A DNA stretch of 64,000 nucleotides from Squalus acanthias (GCA_030390025.1 CM059432.1:96598001-96662000); one strand, 5' to 3'; shown: positions 50,241 through 63,443, counted from the stretch's first letter. Notes: generated from the sequence alone by a model not told the origin. Translations and numbers: made by a program.

Positions 50241-51319
50241 CTGTCCAATATAAATAATAAGTGTATTCAGAGAACTACATGATTCCACCCTTTGATTCCT
50301 CTCCAAAAATAAAGATATGACAATGCAAAATACATAATATATGACAAATCATTATAATTAGTAACAATTTATTTTATGACTAGTTGCAGGAATTTCACTT
50401 AATTGTCTGTTGTTTTCCCATTGCCACACTGCTTTGTCTGCTTTCCTTTCTGCCAAATGTGTACGAGACTCTACTGAATTAATCATGTTCATTCATGTAG
50501 CAGTGCAAGGTTATGTCCATGTGCAGTGACATTACCAGTACAACACTGTAAAATGTAGTCATTTATTATTTGTCACTGAACTCAGTGAGAATTGATAGCT
50601 GAATCAATGGCAAACTGAAAAATCATTAACTATATAATGAAAAGTGTTGACTGTAGTGAACTCTAGTGTCTGTTGTGAGCATCCATCTATTTTCTTCTTT
50701 GAACTGCTGTTAATTTTCAGTTAAATCTCATTTTAGCTCCTTTCTAATTGGTTATTTATCTACTTTTGTTACTCACCAATTATATCGCACAAATCCGTTC
50801 TCTCCCATAAACCTCAGCCCTCTCATACAGCCGTAAAAAAATGTCTGAGAGAAGTATTCAGCATGACAGTTCGTTACCTGATCTATTTACGCTGAAATGT
50901 AACCTTTTTTACATAATTAACACATTAAAAGTTAAATATAATTCACAAAAAGCACAACATTACTGATCATATCTTTGCATTGCTCCAACATATCCTCTCC
51001 CGATGCAAATCAACAGCTCCAACCACCAGTACAGCCGCTATTGCTAGAAAGCAGCACCAGACTTGTCTATGGCGCTGTACTGGCTCAACTCAAGCCCAAT
51101 ATGAAGAATGAATGCACATACGGAGCAGACACTAGGCTTGTGCATGCTGATAACTCTGCCCCTCTTCTCCTTCCAGTGCCACATCCAGCTGACAAAAGCT
51201 GTCTACCTCCTACAACTCTTCGACTAGTGCTAGTTCTGGCACCGACCCGCTTTTCTGCCCAGTTCCTCCCTAAGTGCTGCACCTCTGGTCCTAGCTCCCA
51301 TCCTATTGTGAGGGATGGT

Positions 51320-52195
51320 TGGAGGTAAAAGCAGGAGTTGCAGATCACTGCAGAAGAATGTGCAGCTAGCAAAGATTGGTGTTGTAACAAAGAATGTCTT
51401 CAAACCATCATAATGCAAAAGGAAGCCATGTATCTGCCTAGAGTTAGAAGAAGGGTACATGGTAAAACAAAGCCAAATTGGCTAATAGATCATGTTCAAA
51501 AACAAATGAGACTTAGGCAGAAATATTTTTATGGGCTTAAAGAAAATAGTTCTCAGGGGGTAGGTATTAATCTCAGCTAAAGGTATAAAAGCTGCTATCA
51601 GAGTAGCCAAATAGACAAAGGAGAAGACGACAATAGATAGCTGTGGTCGTATTAACAAGGTCTTTTTCAGCTATATTAGGAGTTAGGGGGCCATTCAGGA
51701 CTGTAAAGGGCTATTGAATGATTCCTCAGGGCAGATTCAGGTGTAATACCAGGATATGGAATGAGGTTTCAATAAGTTACTTTGCATCACAATAATACAT
51801 CGTAGGTTAATGCTAAAGTTGAAAGCGGATGCAGATATAGTCCAGGCTAGAATAAGGGATCTGAAAAGTGAATGGGCTGCTGGCCCTGATGGCATTCACA
51901 CGTGCTCATATATTTAACAGCTCGCTGGGTTCTGGGATTGTTCCCAAGAACTGGAGAGAGGCCCATGTGGTGACAATATTTTAAAAAGGCAACAAGTCAG
52001 AACTGGGAAATTACCGGCTCATTAGCTTGACTTCAATTATAGGCATCATTAGGGATACTCTGTATGGCCACCCGGACAGAGGTGTTATTGTAAAGTCTCA
52101 ACATGGCTTTTGGAAAAAGGTCAAATCTTACTAATCTGGTTGAATTTTTTGAGAAAAAGTTACTAGGTTGCTGGATGTAGGTAGCCCAGTTGACT
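51320..52195 (+). mobile_element. Ancient CR1-like ORF2 remnant
   Basis: Remnants of KPNWL, GPDGIH, IFKKGNKSELGNYRLISLTS and QHGF. Confidence 0.7.
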
Positions 52196-52290
52196 AAAAC
52201 TTGTGTGACCCATTCCTCAAAATATTTATAAGCGATACGACAGGAGATCTACTAGTTATTTCAAATAATAATCAGTTTAATGTACAGTTA

Positions 52291-55200
52291 ATCACAGAAA
52301 CTTACAGCACAGAAGGAGGCCATTCGGCCCGTCGTGCCTGTGCTGGTTCTTTGAAAGAGCAGTCGTGCTTAGACCCACATCCCCGCTTTTTGTCCGCAAC
52401 CCTGTGAGTTCCTCATCCTCAAGAACCTGTCCAACTCCCTTTTAAAATTATTTATGGAATCAGCTTCTACCACCTCTTCAGGTAGAACGTTCCAGATTCC
52501 GACAATTCAGTGAAAAAAAATCTCCTCATCTCCCCTCTAGATCTTTTGCCAACGATTTTGAATCTATGACCTTTGGTTATTGACCCACACGCCAGAGAGA
52601 ATAGTTTTTCTTTATCTATTCTATCAAAACCTCTCATCATCTTGTAAACCTCTATTAGGTCACCTCCTAACCTTCTCTGTTCCAAGGAGAACAGTCCTAA
52701 CTTTTCCAACCTCTCCTCATAACTGAAGTCCCTCATCCCTGGTAACATCCTGGTAAACCTCCTCTGTACTCTTTCGAAGGCCTTTACATCTTTCCTGAAG
52801 TGTGGAGCCCAGAATTACATAGGATATACAGCACAGAAACAGGCCATTCGGCCCAACCAGTCCATGCTCCATTTGAGCCTCCTCCCGTCTTTCCTCATCT
52901 AAATCTATCAGCATAACGCTCTATTCCCTTCTCCCTCATACGCTAGTCTAGCCTCCCCTTAAATGCATCTATGCTTTTCCATTCAACCACTCCCTGTGGT
53001 AGCAAGTTCCTTTGGGTAAAGAAGTTTCTTCTGAATTCCCTATTTGATTTCTTGGTGATTATCTTATATTGATGGCCTCCAGTTTTGCTCGATCTCTCTG
53101 CTCAGCTACACTTTTCAAAATTGTGCCATTTATAGTATACTGTCTTTCCATATTAGTACTCCCAAAGTGCATCACTTCACACTTCTCCGCATTGAACTCC
53201 ATCTGCCGTGCTTCTGCCAATTTCACCATCCTGTCTGTCATTCTGAAGCCTATAACTATGCTCAACATGATCTACTACTTAGCCAAGATTCTTATCATCT
53301 GCAAACTTTATAATGCTGTTCCCTACACCTGAGTCTAGATCATTTATAAAAATTGAGAAGAGAAATGGACCCAAAACTGACTCTTGGGGAACAACGCTAC
53401 ATACCAGTCTGAAAAACATCCATCTTCTTAATAAGCCTCCTGTCTGCCACTTTGTCGCATGCCTTCCGAAAGTCCAGATATACATTATCTACTGCACTAC
53501 CTTGATCAACCTTCTTTGTTACCTCATCAAAGAATTCAATCAAGTTAGTCAAACACGATTTGCCTTTAACAAATCCATGCTGGCTCTCCTAGATTAAGCC
53601 ATGCCTTTCCAAATTAAAGTTTATTTTGTCCCTGATATTGGTTTCCAATAACTTCCCCAGCACTGATGTTCAGCTGACTGGCCTGTAGTTTCCTGGTTCA
53701 TCCCTCTCCCCTTTCTTGAATAGTGGTATAACATTCGCAACCATCCAGTCCTCCGGCACTATTCCTGTATCCAATGAGGATTGAAAGATTGTGACGAATG
53801 CCTCTGCTATTTCTACCTTTGCTTCTTTCAGCAACCTAGGATGCATTCCATCTGGACCAGGTGACTTACCAACTTTCAGTAATGCTAATCTTTTTAGTAC
53901 GTCTTCTCTATCTATTACTATCCTGTCCATAACTTCCCTCTCCTCTTTTAGTGTGACCTTCACAACATCCGCTTCCTTTGTGAAGACAGATGCAAAGTAC
54001 TCATTTCATACTTTAGCCAACTCCTCTGCCTCTTCATAAAGATTTCCCTTTGGGTCCTTAATAAGCCCAACTTTTTCCCTAGCTAGCCGCGTACACTATA
54101 TGTTTATAAAATGTTTTAGGATTCAATTTAATGTTGCCTGCTAATCTTTTCTCGTAACCTCTCCTTGCCTCCCATATTAACTTTTTCAATTCCCTCCTGT
54201 AATCCATAATCCATAATCTTCCTGGTTATTAACTGAATCTTGCTCCTGACATTTTTTATAAGCTTCCTTTTCTGTTTTATTTAAATTTTTATTTCCTTTG
54301 TCATCCAGGGTACGTTAGCTTTGGATGCTCTACTTTTTCCCTTCAAAGGGATATGCCTAGTTTGTACTTGAACTATCTCTTCCCTGAATGCCCTCCATTG
54401 CTCCGTTACTGTTTTACCCTGCAATCACCTTTTCCAATCTACCTGTGCTAGGTCCCTTCTTAAATCACTGAAATTAGCTCTTCCCCAGTTGAGCATTTTT
54501 AGCTTCGATATTTTCTGGTCTCTTTCCATAATTACTTTAAACCGAATTATTTTATGGTCACTGTTAGCTAGATGATCTACTGTAACACACTCCACTTGCC
54601 CTACTTCATTTCCCAGAACCAGATCCAACACTGCTTCCTTCCTACAATAGCAAAATACTGCGGATGCTGGAAATCTGAAATAACAACAGAAATTGCTGGA
54701 AACACTCAGCAGGCCAGGCAGCATCCATGGAGAGAGAAACAGAGTTAATGTTTCAGGTCTGGGACCCTTCATCACAACTGGAAAAAGCTGGAGATGTAAC
54801 AGATTTTAAGCAGGTGCAGAGACAGGGAGAGGGTGGAGGGGAGGAAGGAATTGAAGAAAGATTCTGTGCTAAGGTAAGAGGCAGGAAAGATAAAATGTTG
54901 CAAATGGGGATGGCAAAATCATACAGCATGAAAAATGGGAGCAGGGGTTATGGTCTGAAATTGTTGAACTCAATGTTGAGTCCAGAAGGATATAAAGTGC
55001 CTAATCGAAAGATGAGGTGCTGTTCCTCGAGCTTACGTTGAGCTTCATTGGAACAATGTAAGAGGCCGAGGACAGAGAGATCAGAGTGGGAGTGAAGCGG
55101 AGAATTAAAGTGACAGGCGACTGGAAGCTCAGGGTCACCCTTACTGCATTTACTGCTTCCTTCCTTGTTGGACTGGAGGCATATCGATCGAGAAAGTTCT

Positions 55201-55497
55201 CCTGTGCACATATCAAAAATTCCTCTCCTTCCCGACCCTTAGCGCTATGTTTTTCCCAGTCTATATTAAGGCAATTAAAGTCTCCTAATATTACTATATT
55301 TTTGTTATGTGCCTTTGAATTTGCTGATAAATTTGCTCATCGATCTCCTTCTTATTGTTTGGAGCTCTATAAAAAAAACTCCCAACAATGTAACAGCTCC
55401 CCCTCTGTTCCTCAAGTCAAGCCAAATAGATTCAGTCCTAGAACCATCTAGTAAATCCTTTCTATTTAGAACTGTAACATCATCTTTAATCAATACT
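52291..55497 (-). mobile_element. Decayed CR1 ORF2 with a nested short CR1 (about 52817-53088) and a Penelope insert
   Basis: ORFs 52467-52748, 53279-53485 (KFADD), 53670-53963 (KSPGPDG) and 54425-54640 (LDLVL, SDH). Confidence 0.88.
54644..55151 (-). mobile_element. Short Penelope-like 3' fragment
   Basis: 14-bp TSD actgcttccttcct at 54630-54643 and 55152-55165, a GIY-YIG C-terminus and a mutated hammerhead core. Confidence 0.9.
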
Positions 55498-57364
55498 TAA
55501 TGATTAGTTAGAAGATCAAAGGCTATATCCCTATTGTTACACAGTCCTAAATAACTTCACATTTGCCCAAGTATATGAAAAGGTTTTATGATGTAGTATT
55601 AAAAAAGTATTGATGGACTAATGACGTACTTTGCACAGCTATGCTTGTAATAGTGTATTCTAGGATATTTTATGTGTCACCTATTTATGCAAGATGTTTT
55701 TTGCTATAGGTACTACTTTGAACTAAGTGGACTCACCCATAGGAGTCCAGGCCAGGGAACTGACCTGAACTCTTGAAGACATCCACCATGGAATAATTTT
55801 TTTGATTAGTGCAATTCCTTTACAAAGGGAACTTCTGAAACCAAAGTTCATGCTTTTCCAACCCCCCTGACCCAGCAACCAGAGGCCAGATTTCCTACTA
55901 ACTTTCAGCTGGCAGGTACATGAAATAAGCCATTTGTGCTGCAGACGCTCACTGGCCCCCATGCTGATTAAGTGCCCTCTGGTGGGGTTAGTGCTGGTGG
56001 ACGCAATCCTGGCTTAAGTGGTATTTCAGGGCCGCAATGTTATAGCCGCTTCAATAATTTATAACATTTCTATTTTCAACCTCTACTTCTCAGAACAGAA
56101 ATTGAATTGTATTTTTAAAATATAATCTTTTTTGTCGACAGCACATTACAAATGAAATAGGTGCAAGGTAGGAAAGGGAAATGCATTCCTTTAGCGGGTG
56201 AAATTGAAACAGAAAATTGTGGAAATGCAGAGCAGTTGAGTGAGCATCTGAAAGGGAAACATAGATTAACTTTTCAGATGTCTCTTTCAAATGCTTACTG
56301 ACCTGCTCCGCATTTCCAGCATCTTCTGTTTTAAAAAAAAATTGATTTCTGATTTTCACATTGCAATGTTTTCCTTTGAATATTTACATTGATCTGAAAG
56401 AGCGTCTGTAACAAATTGCTTGTGGCAGCTCACAGCTGTGATAATTATGATAACTCTCTGTTAATATAGTTAAGTCCATATTTTTCCAGGCCCTTTATGA
56501 ATAAAAAGCACAGCAAAACAACAACCCATGTACAAATATTAGCGAATCCTCTTAGCCTAAATTGCTACGTAGGCTCTAGGCAGTTTTCAGAACCTGCACA
56601 AAATGGTTCATTGGTACTTCTGAAAGAAGGAAGGAAAAACTGTTAATAAGTATAAACATATCTTGTGATTTTTATCCTTTAAACGTGTTTTCTCCCTTCC
56701 TATCCTGTAGGTGTCTGATTTTGCTGGTGTACAGTTCAGGATGCCAGCCACCATACATTAGCTTGTCCAAGCCGCCAGTCTTCAGAAGTGAGTCTAGACA
56801 ACGAGTGGGCATTTCAATTCTGGGAGCATCACAGCCTAGCCCGATTCCCATCCTCACCTAAAGATCGCACATACACACTTTACAGCAGGGTCACCAGATA
56901 ACAACCTGCAGCCCTGGCTGATTAATTTTTAATCTCACCATTGCAGCTCAAGGATGCATTGTACAACTCAGTTATAGGAGAGGGGGAGATTTCTCTGTGC
57001 TATTTGTAGCGATGTTGCAAACACATTCATAAAGAACACTGTTACAACTTTGCTGGAAATAGCAAACAGAGGTATTCTTCCCAATAGGATGAGGTTTTAT
57101 GTTCAATGATTTGAAATGAAGACGAGGAAAAATTAAAATACTTCTCAAAATTAAAGTTTAGCCCTTGCACTGTAGGGAGTTACTGCATAAATGGTATTTG
57201 TACATTTAATTTCTTCCACAATTTTTAAAATATTTAATCTTTTTAGATTTCTGAAATGAAATGACAGAGTTAAAAGGATATATTTTATAAATTCATTAAA
57301 TGAATAAATAGAGTACACTCAATGGGAAATTGCAACAAAATATTTTACAAATTCACAATTAGAA

Positions 57365-57527
57365 TGCAGGCTTCACCCACTGGGATCTCATATCAGGAAT
57401 TTGAGCATGGGTCCTGCAGGAATTTCCATACGTTAAAATTAATAAAATTGGCAGAAAATCCTGTGGGACCCACTGACTTTCATGTTCAAATTCCTGATAA
57501 GTGGTCCCAGTGGATGACGATCTGCAG
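57365..57527. repeat. Imperfect fold-back (probable old MITE core)
   Basis: cactgggatctcatatcaggaatttgagcatg is answered by catgttcaaattcctgataagtggtcccagtg. Confidence 0.65.
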
Positions 57528-58472
57528 AAGGAGCTTGAATTTGCAACTCCGTGATGCAAGACACTTTTTCTTGACTCAAATGCTCCTATGAATTTAATTT
57601 CTTTCAGTGGAGATTTTCTCTTCATTATCTTTAGATTTTAGGGTGAAGCTTCAGGCTTTTTTTCTGAAGTTTTATACATCATTATTCATCTCTGGCAAGA
57701 TTTATACAAATTAAATGGTGCAAACTGTACATGGTCTGTTGAAGAACCAGGGTCGATGGACTAAATGGCCTCTTCTAATTTCATATGTTCTTATGTTACC
57801 AGGAAGCTGGATTTGAAGACAGTGACCATTTGCTGCTGAGGGGTGCTTAAAGCTATTTCTGACTGAGGATAGCTAAAGAACCATTTGAATTTGAAACAGT
57901 CCTCATTAAAGCAAGTCAAAAAATTGTTACAATTAAAATTTAAGTTATTTTATTTTAACCAGATGATTACACATTTGTGGTATAAATTCAGTGGAAAACT
58001 GTAGAAAACTGAATTCACTCCACTCTGTTCAGGAGTTTAATTCAATCATGATTTTACTCATGCATTACCAGTTCTTCCAAACTGTTTGAATAGAATCTGT
58101 GTTGCAATTTCCCAGTGAGTATTCTCTATTTATTCCTTGAAACTGAATGTGCCTTCCAGTTTAATTTCAATGTACAAGGGGGAAAAATTCGGTTGCTTTG
58201 CGCCTCCCGTTAGCGCCCTAAGAGGGCACTAATTGGTTGCAAAGCAACTAGCGCCCAGGCGCGGCGATGTTTGCACTGCTCGTGGAATTGACCAGACGTT
58301 TTGCAGTGGCGCTAAACACTACCGCCACGATCTCCTGCGCCCGCAGATCATGACGTCAGTCGAGCGTGCAACGCCCCGGACCGGATATTGAGTGGCGACC
58401 CCTGCTTTTCCGCCTGCTGCTAGCAACGACAGGTTGAGGGGAATGTTTTGCAGTCGGGAAGGGACTGGGTGA

Positions 58473-58678
58473 TGTAAGAAAACTACTAGGCACTTGGTCT
58501 AAGCGTTAAACAAAGCTTTAATCAACTGTTTTCCAACATTGAGATCTAGTTGTGTCCTTCACTAGTTCCTGTTGAGGAATGTCCTAAGCAAGCTGGGCCC
58601 ATGCCCGAGTATTTATACTCTCCCTGGACAGCGCCATCAGCAGGCCGGCCAGTATTACTTCATACAAGATTCATGTCA
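58473..58678 (-). repeat. Gypsy 3' LTR
   Basis: TG...CA termini, preceded by the PPT; about 185 bp shared with 63534-63718 with 5 substitutions. Confidence 0.9.
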
Positions 58679-58694
58679 TTCTTCCCGCCTGAAA

Positions 58695-61047
58695 GATTGG
58701 AAGTCTACCGAATTAGCCGGACTAAGAATAGACGCAGTCATTTGGATTTCCGTTGGAGGCCGGAAGGCATGTCTCCTCGGACCGTGTTTTGGTCCCTGGG
58801 TCACTTGGTTCGTACCAGCGGGCTGGCAGAGTCTGTGTCGCCTTGATCGACCCGAGGGGGACTGGGGAGATCATGGCTCCGGGTGCGGGTCCCCACCGGC
58901 ACAGAGCTGGCTTCATCCTGCTCAGTAGTCGGTGATTGACCGGTGTCCTGGCTTCGGGTGGCCATCCCACGGGGAGCGCTCTGTTCCCCGGGTTGATCCA
59001 GTGGAGTAGCTGGCAGATCCCTTGATGTCCCCGGGTAGGGCGTCATCCTCGGAGGAGCGCAGATTATCAGCGTCGTTAATACGGATCTCTATCGATTGGG
59101 TCCGTGGGACCGGTTGGGCAGGGAGTCAGATCCCGAAGTGAAACTGTGGACTCCCGGCCATTAGGGTACCGCACGTACACGTATGTAGGATTGACATCCG
59201 TTAGTTCCACCTCGTCGACGAGGGGATCACTCTTGGAGGATCGGACGAATCTTCGGAGCAGCACGGAGCCAGGAGCTGCCAACCATGATGGTAGGGACGT
59301 CCCATGAGTGGAGCGACGCTGGAACCCGAAGAATCATTCGTGAGGAGTAACATTGGTGGATGTAGAAAGAAGAGACCTGATGGAATGCAACGCGTCAGGG
59401 AGCATAGTTTCCCACTGCTGGTCTGGTAGATTGCGTGACCTTAGTGCAAGATGAACAGCGTTCCAAATGATAGAGTTGTATCTCTCAACCTGTCCGTTTC
59501 CAATAGGATGATATGGTGTCGTTTTACTTGTGGCAATTCCCCGTTGGTAAAGATAACTTTTGAGTTCGCTTGACATGAAGGAGGGACCCCGATCAGAGTG
59601 GATGAAATTGGCCGTACCGCAAAGGGAAAAGACCTGATCGAGGCATTTGATCACTGTGGAAGTAAGCATAGAGGGACAGGGGAAAGCAAAGGGAAAGCGT
59701 GAATATTCATCCACCATAGTAAGCAAGTAGGTGTTTCGCGTTGAGGAAGGCAATGGCCCTTTAAAGTCAATGCTGAGTCACTGCATAGGCTGAGTAGCTT
59801 CTATGAGCGAGCCATCCGACGGACGGAAGAGTTGTGGTTTTAATTCCGCGCAAACTCTACAAGTGGAGCATGTTCTTTTCACGTCTTCCGTAGAAAATGG
59901 GAGATTTTTAGATCGCACAAAGTGCAACATATGGGTAACGCCAGGATGGCATAAGTCAGTATGAAGATCCGCAAGAGTCGAAGTTGACATGGAAGAGCAG
60001 AATGCACGCGTGAGGGTATCCGGGGCCACATTCTCCTTGCCGGGTCGATACTGTATGGTGTAGCCAAAGGTGGCCAATTCCATCCTCCAGAGCTGTATTT
60101 TGTTGTTCTTGATTTTAGTGCATTTCCTGTTATCCAGCATAAAGGCCACCGAGCGCTGATCGGTTATGAGCGTGAAATGGCGACTAGCGAGAAAATGACT
60201 CCATTTACGTACTGCTTTGATGATAGCCGTAGCCTCCTTCTCGACAGGAGGATAATGGAGCTCGCTACCCTGCAACGTTCTAGACAGAAATGCAACGGGT
60301 CGACTGCCTTGATTCAAGGTAGCCGAGATCGCCACCGCCGATGCATCGCACTCGACCACGAAAGGGAGATTTTCATTGATGGAATGAAGCGCGGCTTTTT
60401 CCAGTTGTTGCTTGAGGAGGTCGAAAGCTGAAATAGCCCTCGCCTCCAACGGAAATGACTTCGCGTGAAGCAGGGGTTGGATCTTGTCAGAAAAGTGAGG
60501 TATCCACTTCGCATAATCGGTGAACATGCCGAGGGCCCGACGAAGAGAGCCGAGATTCGTAGGAGGAGGGAGCTCCTGAAGCGGACGAAGTCGCTCCAGA
60601 TCCGGTTTGAAGACACCATTGCCCACGCAGTAGCCAAGGATGTTGACTGATGGTACTGATTTCACAGATTTGGACTCATTTAAGGTTAAGTTGCGATGAC
60701 GGAGAACGTCAAGAAATTTCTGGAGGTTGGCATCATGCTCCTTCTGGTCATGACCAGCAATGGTGATATTATCCAGATATGGAAAAGTGTCTGTTAAGTT
60801 CTCCTGTTTGACTAGGCTATCCATTGCCCGTTGAAAGACGGCCACCCCATTGGTGACCCCGAATGGAAGGCGACGAAACTGGTAAAGCCGACCATTGGCC
60901 TCAAAAGCCGTATACTTTTTGTCAGAGTCCTTTAATGGTACTTGATGGTATGCGCTCTTTAAGTCAAAAGTTGAAAATACCTTGTAGTTAGCAAGGTTAT
61001 TGACCATGTCATCGATGCGTAGTAGTGGGTAGGCATCCAGGTCGGTA
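58695..61047 (-). pseudogene. Gypsy pol remainder: RT, RNase H and integrase with stops
   Basis: FDLKSAYHQ, LPFG, YLDN, ECDAS, HPG...CxxC, HSDRG and NGQVER; TGA stops at 59778 and 59334. Confidence 0.92.
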
Positions 61048-61915
61048 CGATAGCAAAATACTGCAGATGCTGGAAATCCGAAATAACAACAGAAATCGCT
61101 GGAAATAATCAGCAGGTCAGGCAGCATCCGTGGAGAGAGAAACAGAGTTAACGTTTCAGGTCGATGACCTTTCGTCAGAACTGGAAACAGCCGGAAATCA
61201 AATAGATTTAAGGCAAGGATAAAGCTGGGAAAAGGGGGAGGCGATGAAATAACAAAAGGAGAGATTAAGAGACATTAAGAGATATTCAAGGCAAGAGGTG
61301 GTGTTAATATGACAGGTTAAGGCTGAAAGAAGTGTGAAATCCACTGGCAGAATGAAGGACAGCTGCCAGCTTCTAGGAGGGAAAAAAAAAGGGGGGGGCC
61401 AAATAAAAGGGTGGATGAAAAAATAAAATATAAATGTGATAGGGGCTAAGGTTATGATCTAAAATTGTTGAACTCGATATTGAGTCCAGAGGGCTGTAGC
61501 GTGCCTAAACGAAAGATGAGGTGCTGTTCCTCGAGCTTACGCTGCGCTTCCGTGGAACAGTGTAATAGGCCGAGGACGGTGAGGTCAGAGTGGGAGTGAA
61601 GCAGTGAATTAAAGTGACGGGCGACCGGGAGCTCTGGGTCCCCCTTACGGACTGAACGGAGGTGTTCCGCAAAGCGGTCACCCAATCTGCGTTTGGTCTC
61701 CCCAATGTAGAGGAGACCACACCGTGAGCAGCGAATACAGTATACTAAATTGCAGGAAGTACAAGTAAATCGCTGTTTCACCTGGAAGGGGTGTTTGGGG
61801 CCCTGGACAGTGGGAAGAGGGGATGTATAAGGGCATATGTTGCATCTCCTGCGCTTGCACGGGAGGGTGCCGGGCGAAGGGGAAGGGGTGCTGGGGTTGT
61901 TGAGGAGTGGACTAG
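61048..61915 (-). mobile_element. 5'-truncated Penelope-like element inserted in the Gypsy RT
   Basis: 8-bp TSD ggtcggta at 61040-61047 and 61916-61923; closely matches 46741-47589. Confidence 0.93.
61145..61183 (-). ncRNA. Minimal hammerhead ribozyme
   Basis: Same intact CTGACGA...GAAACGTT motif as 46804-46842. Confidence 0.8.
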
Positions 61916-63443
61916 GGTCGGTATACAGGTTAATAGTTTGCGAGTAATCGATGCAAAGACGTTTCTTGTGTTGCTTCAGAGGATTTTTAACAACGACGAC
62001 TTGAGCCCACCAGGAAGATGAACATGGCTCAATGATACCGTCAGCTAGAAGGCGAGAGATCTCTGCCTCGATAAAGGATAGGTCATCTTGGCTGAAACGT
62101 CGTGATTTAGTGGCTATGGGCTTACATCGGGGGGAAAGATTAGCAAACAAGGAGGGCTCGTCGAGCGAAGCCGCCGAAAGTTCACAAAATGGTACTTTGG
62201 AAATAGTAAGCTCTGGCTTTGATCCTTCAAACTCGAAAGTGAGTTTTTTGTGTTGTTTCTGTAAATCCTGTCCCAGGAGCACATCACTGCATAGGTTTTT
62301 GAGCACCCCGAACCGCGTAGAGAAATAAGTGCGGCCATTGAGAATAAGGTCGACAAGACAAAAGCCGGAAGAGTTAGTGGTCAGTGTCGTCAGAGCCATT
62401 GCAATTTCCCTGTCTGAGGGGTAAATACGTAGTTTTAACTTACTGACAGCCTGCTCACTGATGAAGCTGTCAGAGCTGCATGAGTCGATTAATGCACTCA
62501 AAGTGTGTCCATTTACTGAAACCTTCGTGGCTGCATGGGACAGGCTTTGGGGAAAAACAGCTGTGATGGGTGGAGGGGCAGTTTTATCCTTGACAGCTGT
62601 AACATTAGTAGTGGCTCTTGGGGGAGGAGCAGTTTTATAGATGACAGCTGTAACCCTAGATGAGGCTCTTGACTGACATACTTTCGAGAAGTGACCTTTC
62701 TTACTGCAATGATTGCAGATTGCATTACGAGCAGGACAACATTTCCTATAATGAAATGCACCTCCACAGAAGAAACACTTCCTTTTAGATTGCCAAGATG
62801 CCGCTAGGGTAGGGTCGTCATCAGCTAGGATAGAGTCGTCATCAGTGAAGGCTTCCGCCTGAGGCTTATCGGAGTAGTCACTAAAAGTGATAGCAGCAGT
62901 CCGTGCACGTGGTAAAAGATAGGCATCTGCATTTTTTTTTGCCAAGTCCACAGAATATGCCTGGTCATAGGCAGCTTGTAACTCGAGGGTTTTATTCTGC
63001 AGCAGACGCTGGCGTATGAAGGGAGACGCAATTCCATTAATAAAAGAATCACGAATTAACTCCTCCTGGTACTGCTCAGCTGAGACAGCCTTGAGATTAC
63101 AATCTTTGCTGAGCCTGCGAAGCTTTTGAAGGAATTCGTCAAGTGATACCCCGGGTTGTTGTTGAGCTATGGCCAGTAGATGCCGAGCAACAATTTCATT
63201 TGGAGCCTTAACATATAGTTGCTGTAGTATTCGGATAGCAGAGTCATAGTTTACACATTCTTTGATATAGTCAAACACATAAGGGGATACATAATTGGCA
63301 AGTATCTCTAACTTATCAGGAACATTCTCACCACGTGCCCTGAGGTAGTTGCTGAAGGTACGATACCAGTGTTTCCATACCTTAGCAGTTGTAGGTGAAT
63401 TTGGGTCCAGGTCAAGACGGGTGGGTCGGAGTAGTTTCTCCAT
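61452..63443 (-). CDS. Chimeric 663-aa ORF: Gypsy Gag (zinc knuckles) + aspartic protease + RT N-terminus fused to a Penelope GIY-YIG endonuclease
   Basis: ATG start; CFFCGGAFH and CNHCSKKGHFSKVC; LIDSCS; LCIDY; then Penelope-derived sequence to its natural stop. Expression is unknown. Confidence 0.75.
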   Translation of the reverse strand: MEKLLRPTRLDLDPNSPTTAKVWKHWYRTFSNYLRARGENVPDKLEILANYVSPYVFDYIKECVNYDSAIRILQQLYVKAPNEIVARHLLAIAQQQPGVSLDEFLQKLRRLSKDCNLKAVSAEQYQEELIRDSFINGIASPFIRQRLLQNKTLELQAAYDQAYSVDLAKKNADAYLLPRARTAAITFSDYSDKPQAEAFTDDDSILADDDPTLAASWQSKRKCFFCGGAFHYRKCCPARNAICNHCSKKGHFSKVCQSRASSRVTAVIYKTAPPPRATTNVTAVKDKTAPPPITAVFPQSLSHAATKVSVNGHTLSALIDSCSSDSFISEQAVSKLKLRIYPSDREIAMALTTLTTNSSGFCLVDLILNGRTYFSTRFGVLKNLCSDVLLGQDLQKQHKKLTFEFEGSKPELTISKVPFCELSAASLDEPSLFANLSPRCKPIATKSRRFSQDDLSFIEAEISRLLADGIIEPCSSSWWAQVVVVKNPLKQHKKRLCIDYSQTINLYTDPSPLLNNPSTPSPSPGTLPCKRRRCNICPYTSPLPTVQGPKHPFQVKQRFTCTSCNLVYCIRCSRCGLLYIGETKRRLGDRFAEHLRSVRKGDPELPVARHFNSLLHSHSDLTVLGLLHCSTEAQRKLEEQHLIFRLGTLQPSGLNIEFNNFRS

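Noticed and set aside
50975..51328. 117-aa ORF as a host exon
   Set aside because: No recognisable domain, a non-ATG start, and it abuts an ancient CR1 remnant.
59778..61127. Independent 449-aa pol gene with its own start
   Set aside because: The first 26 or so residues come from non-coding Penelope 3' sequence; the rest is the interrupted Gypsy pol.
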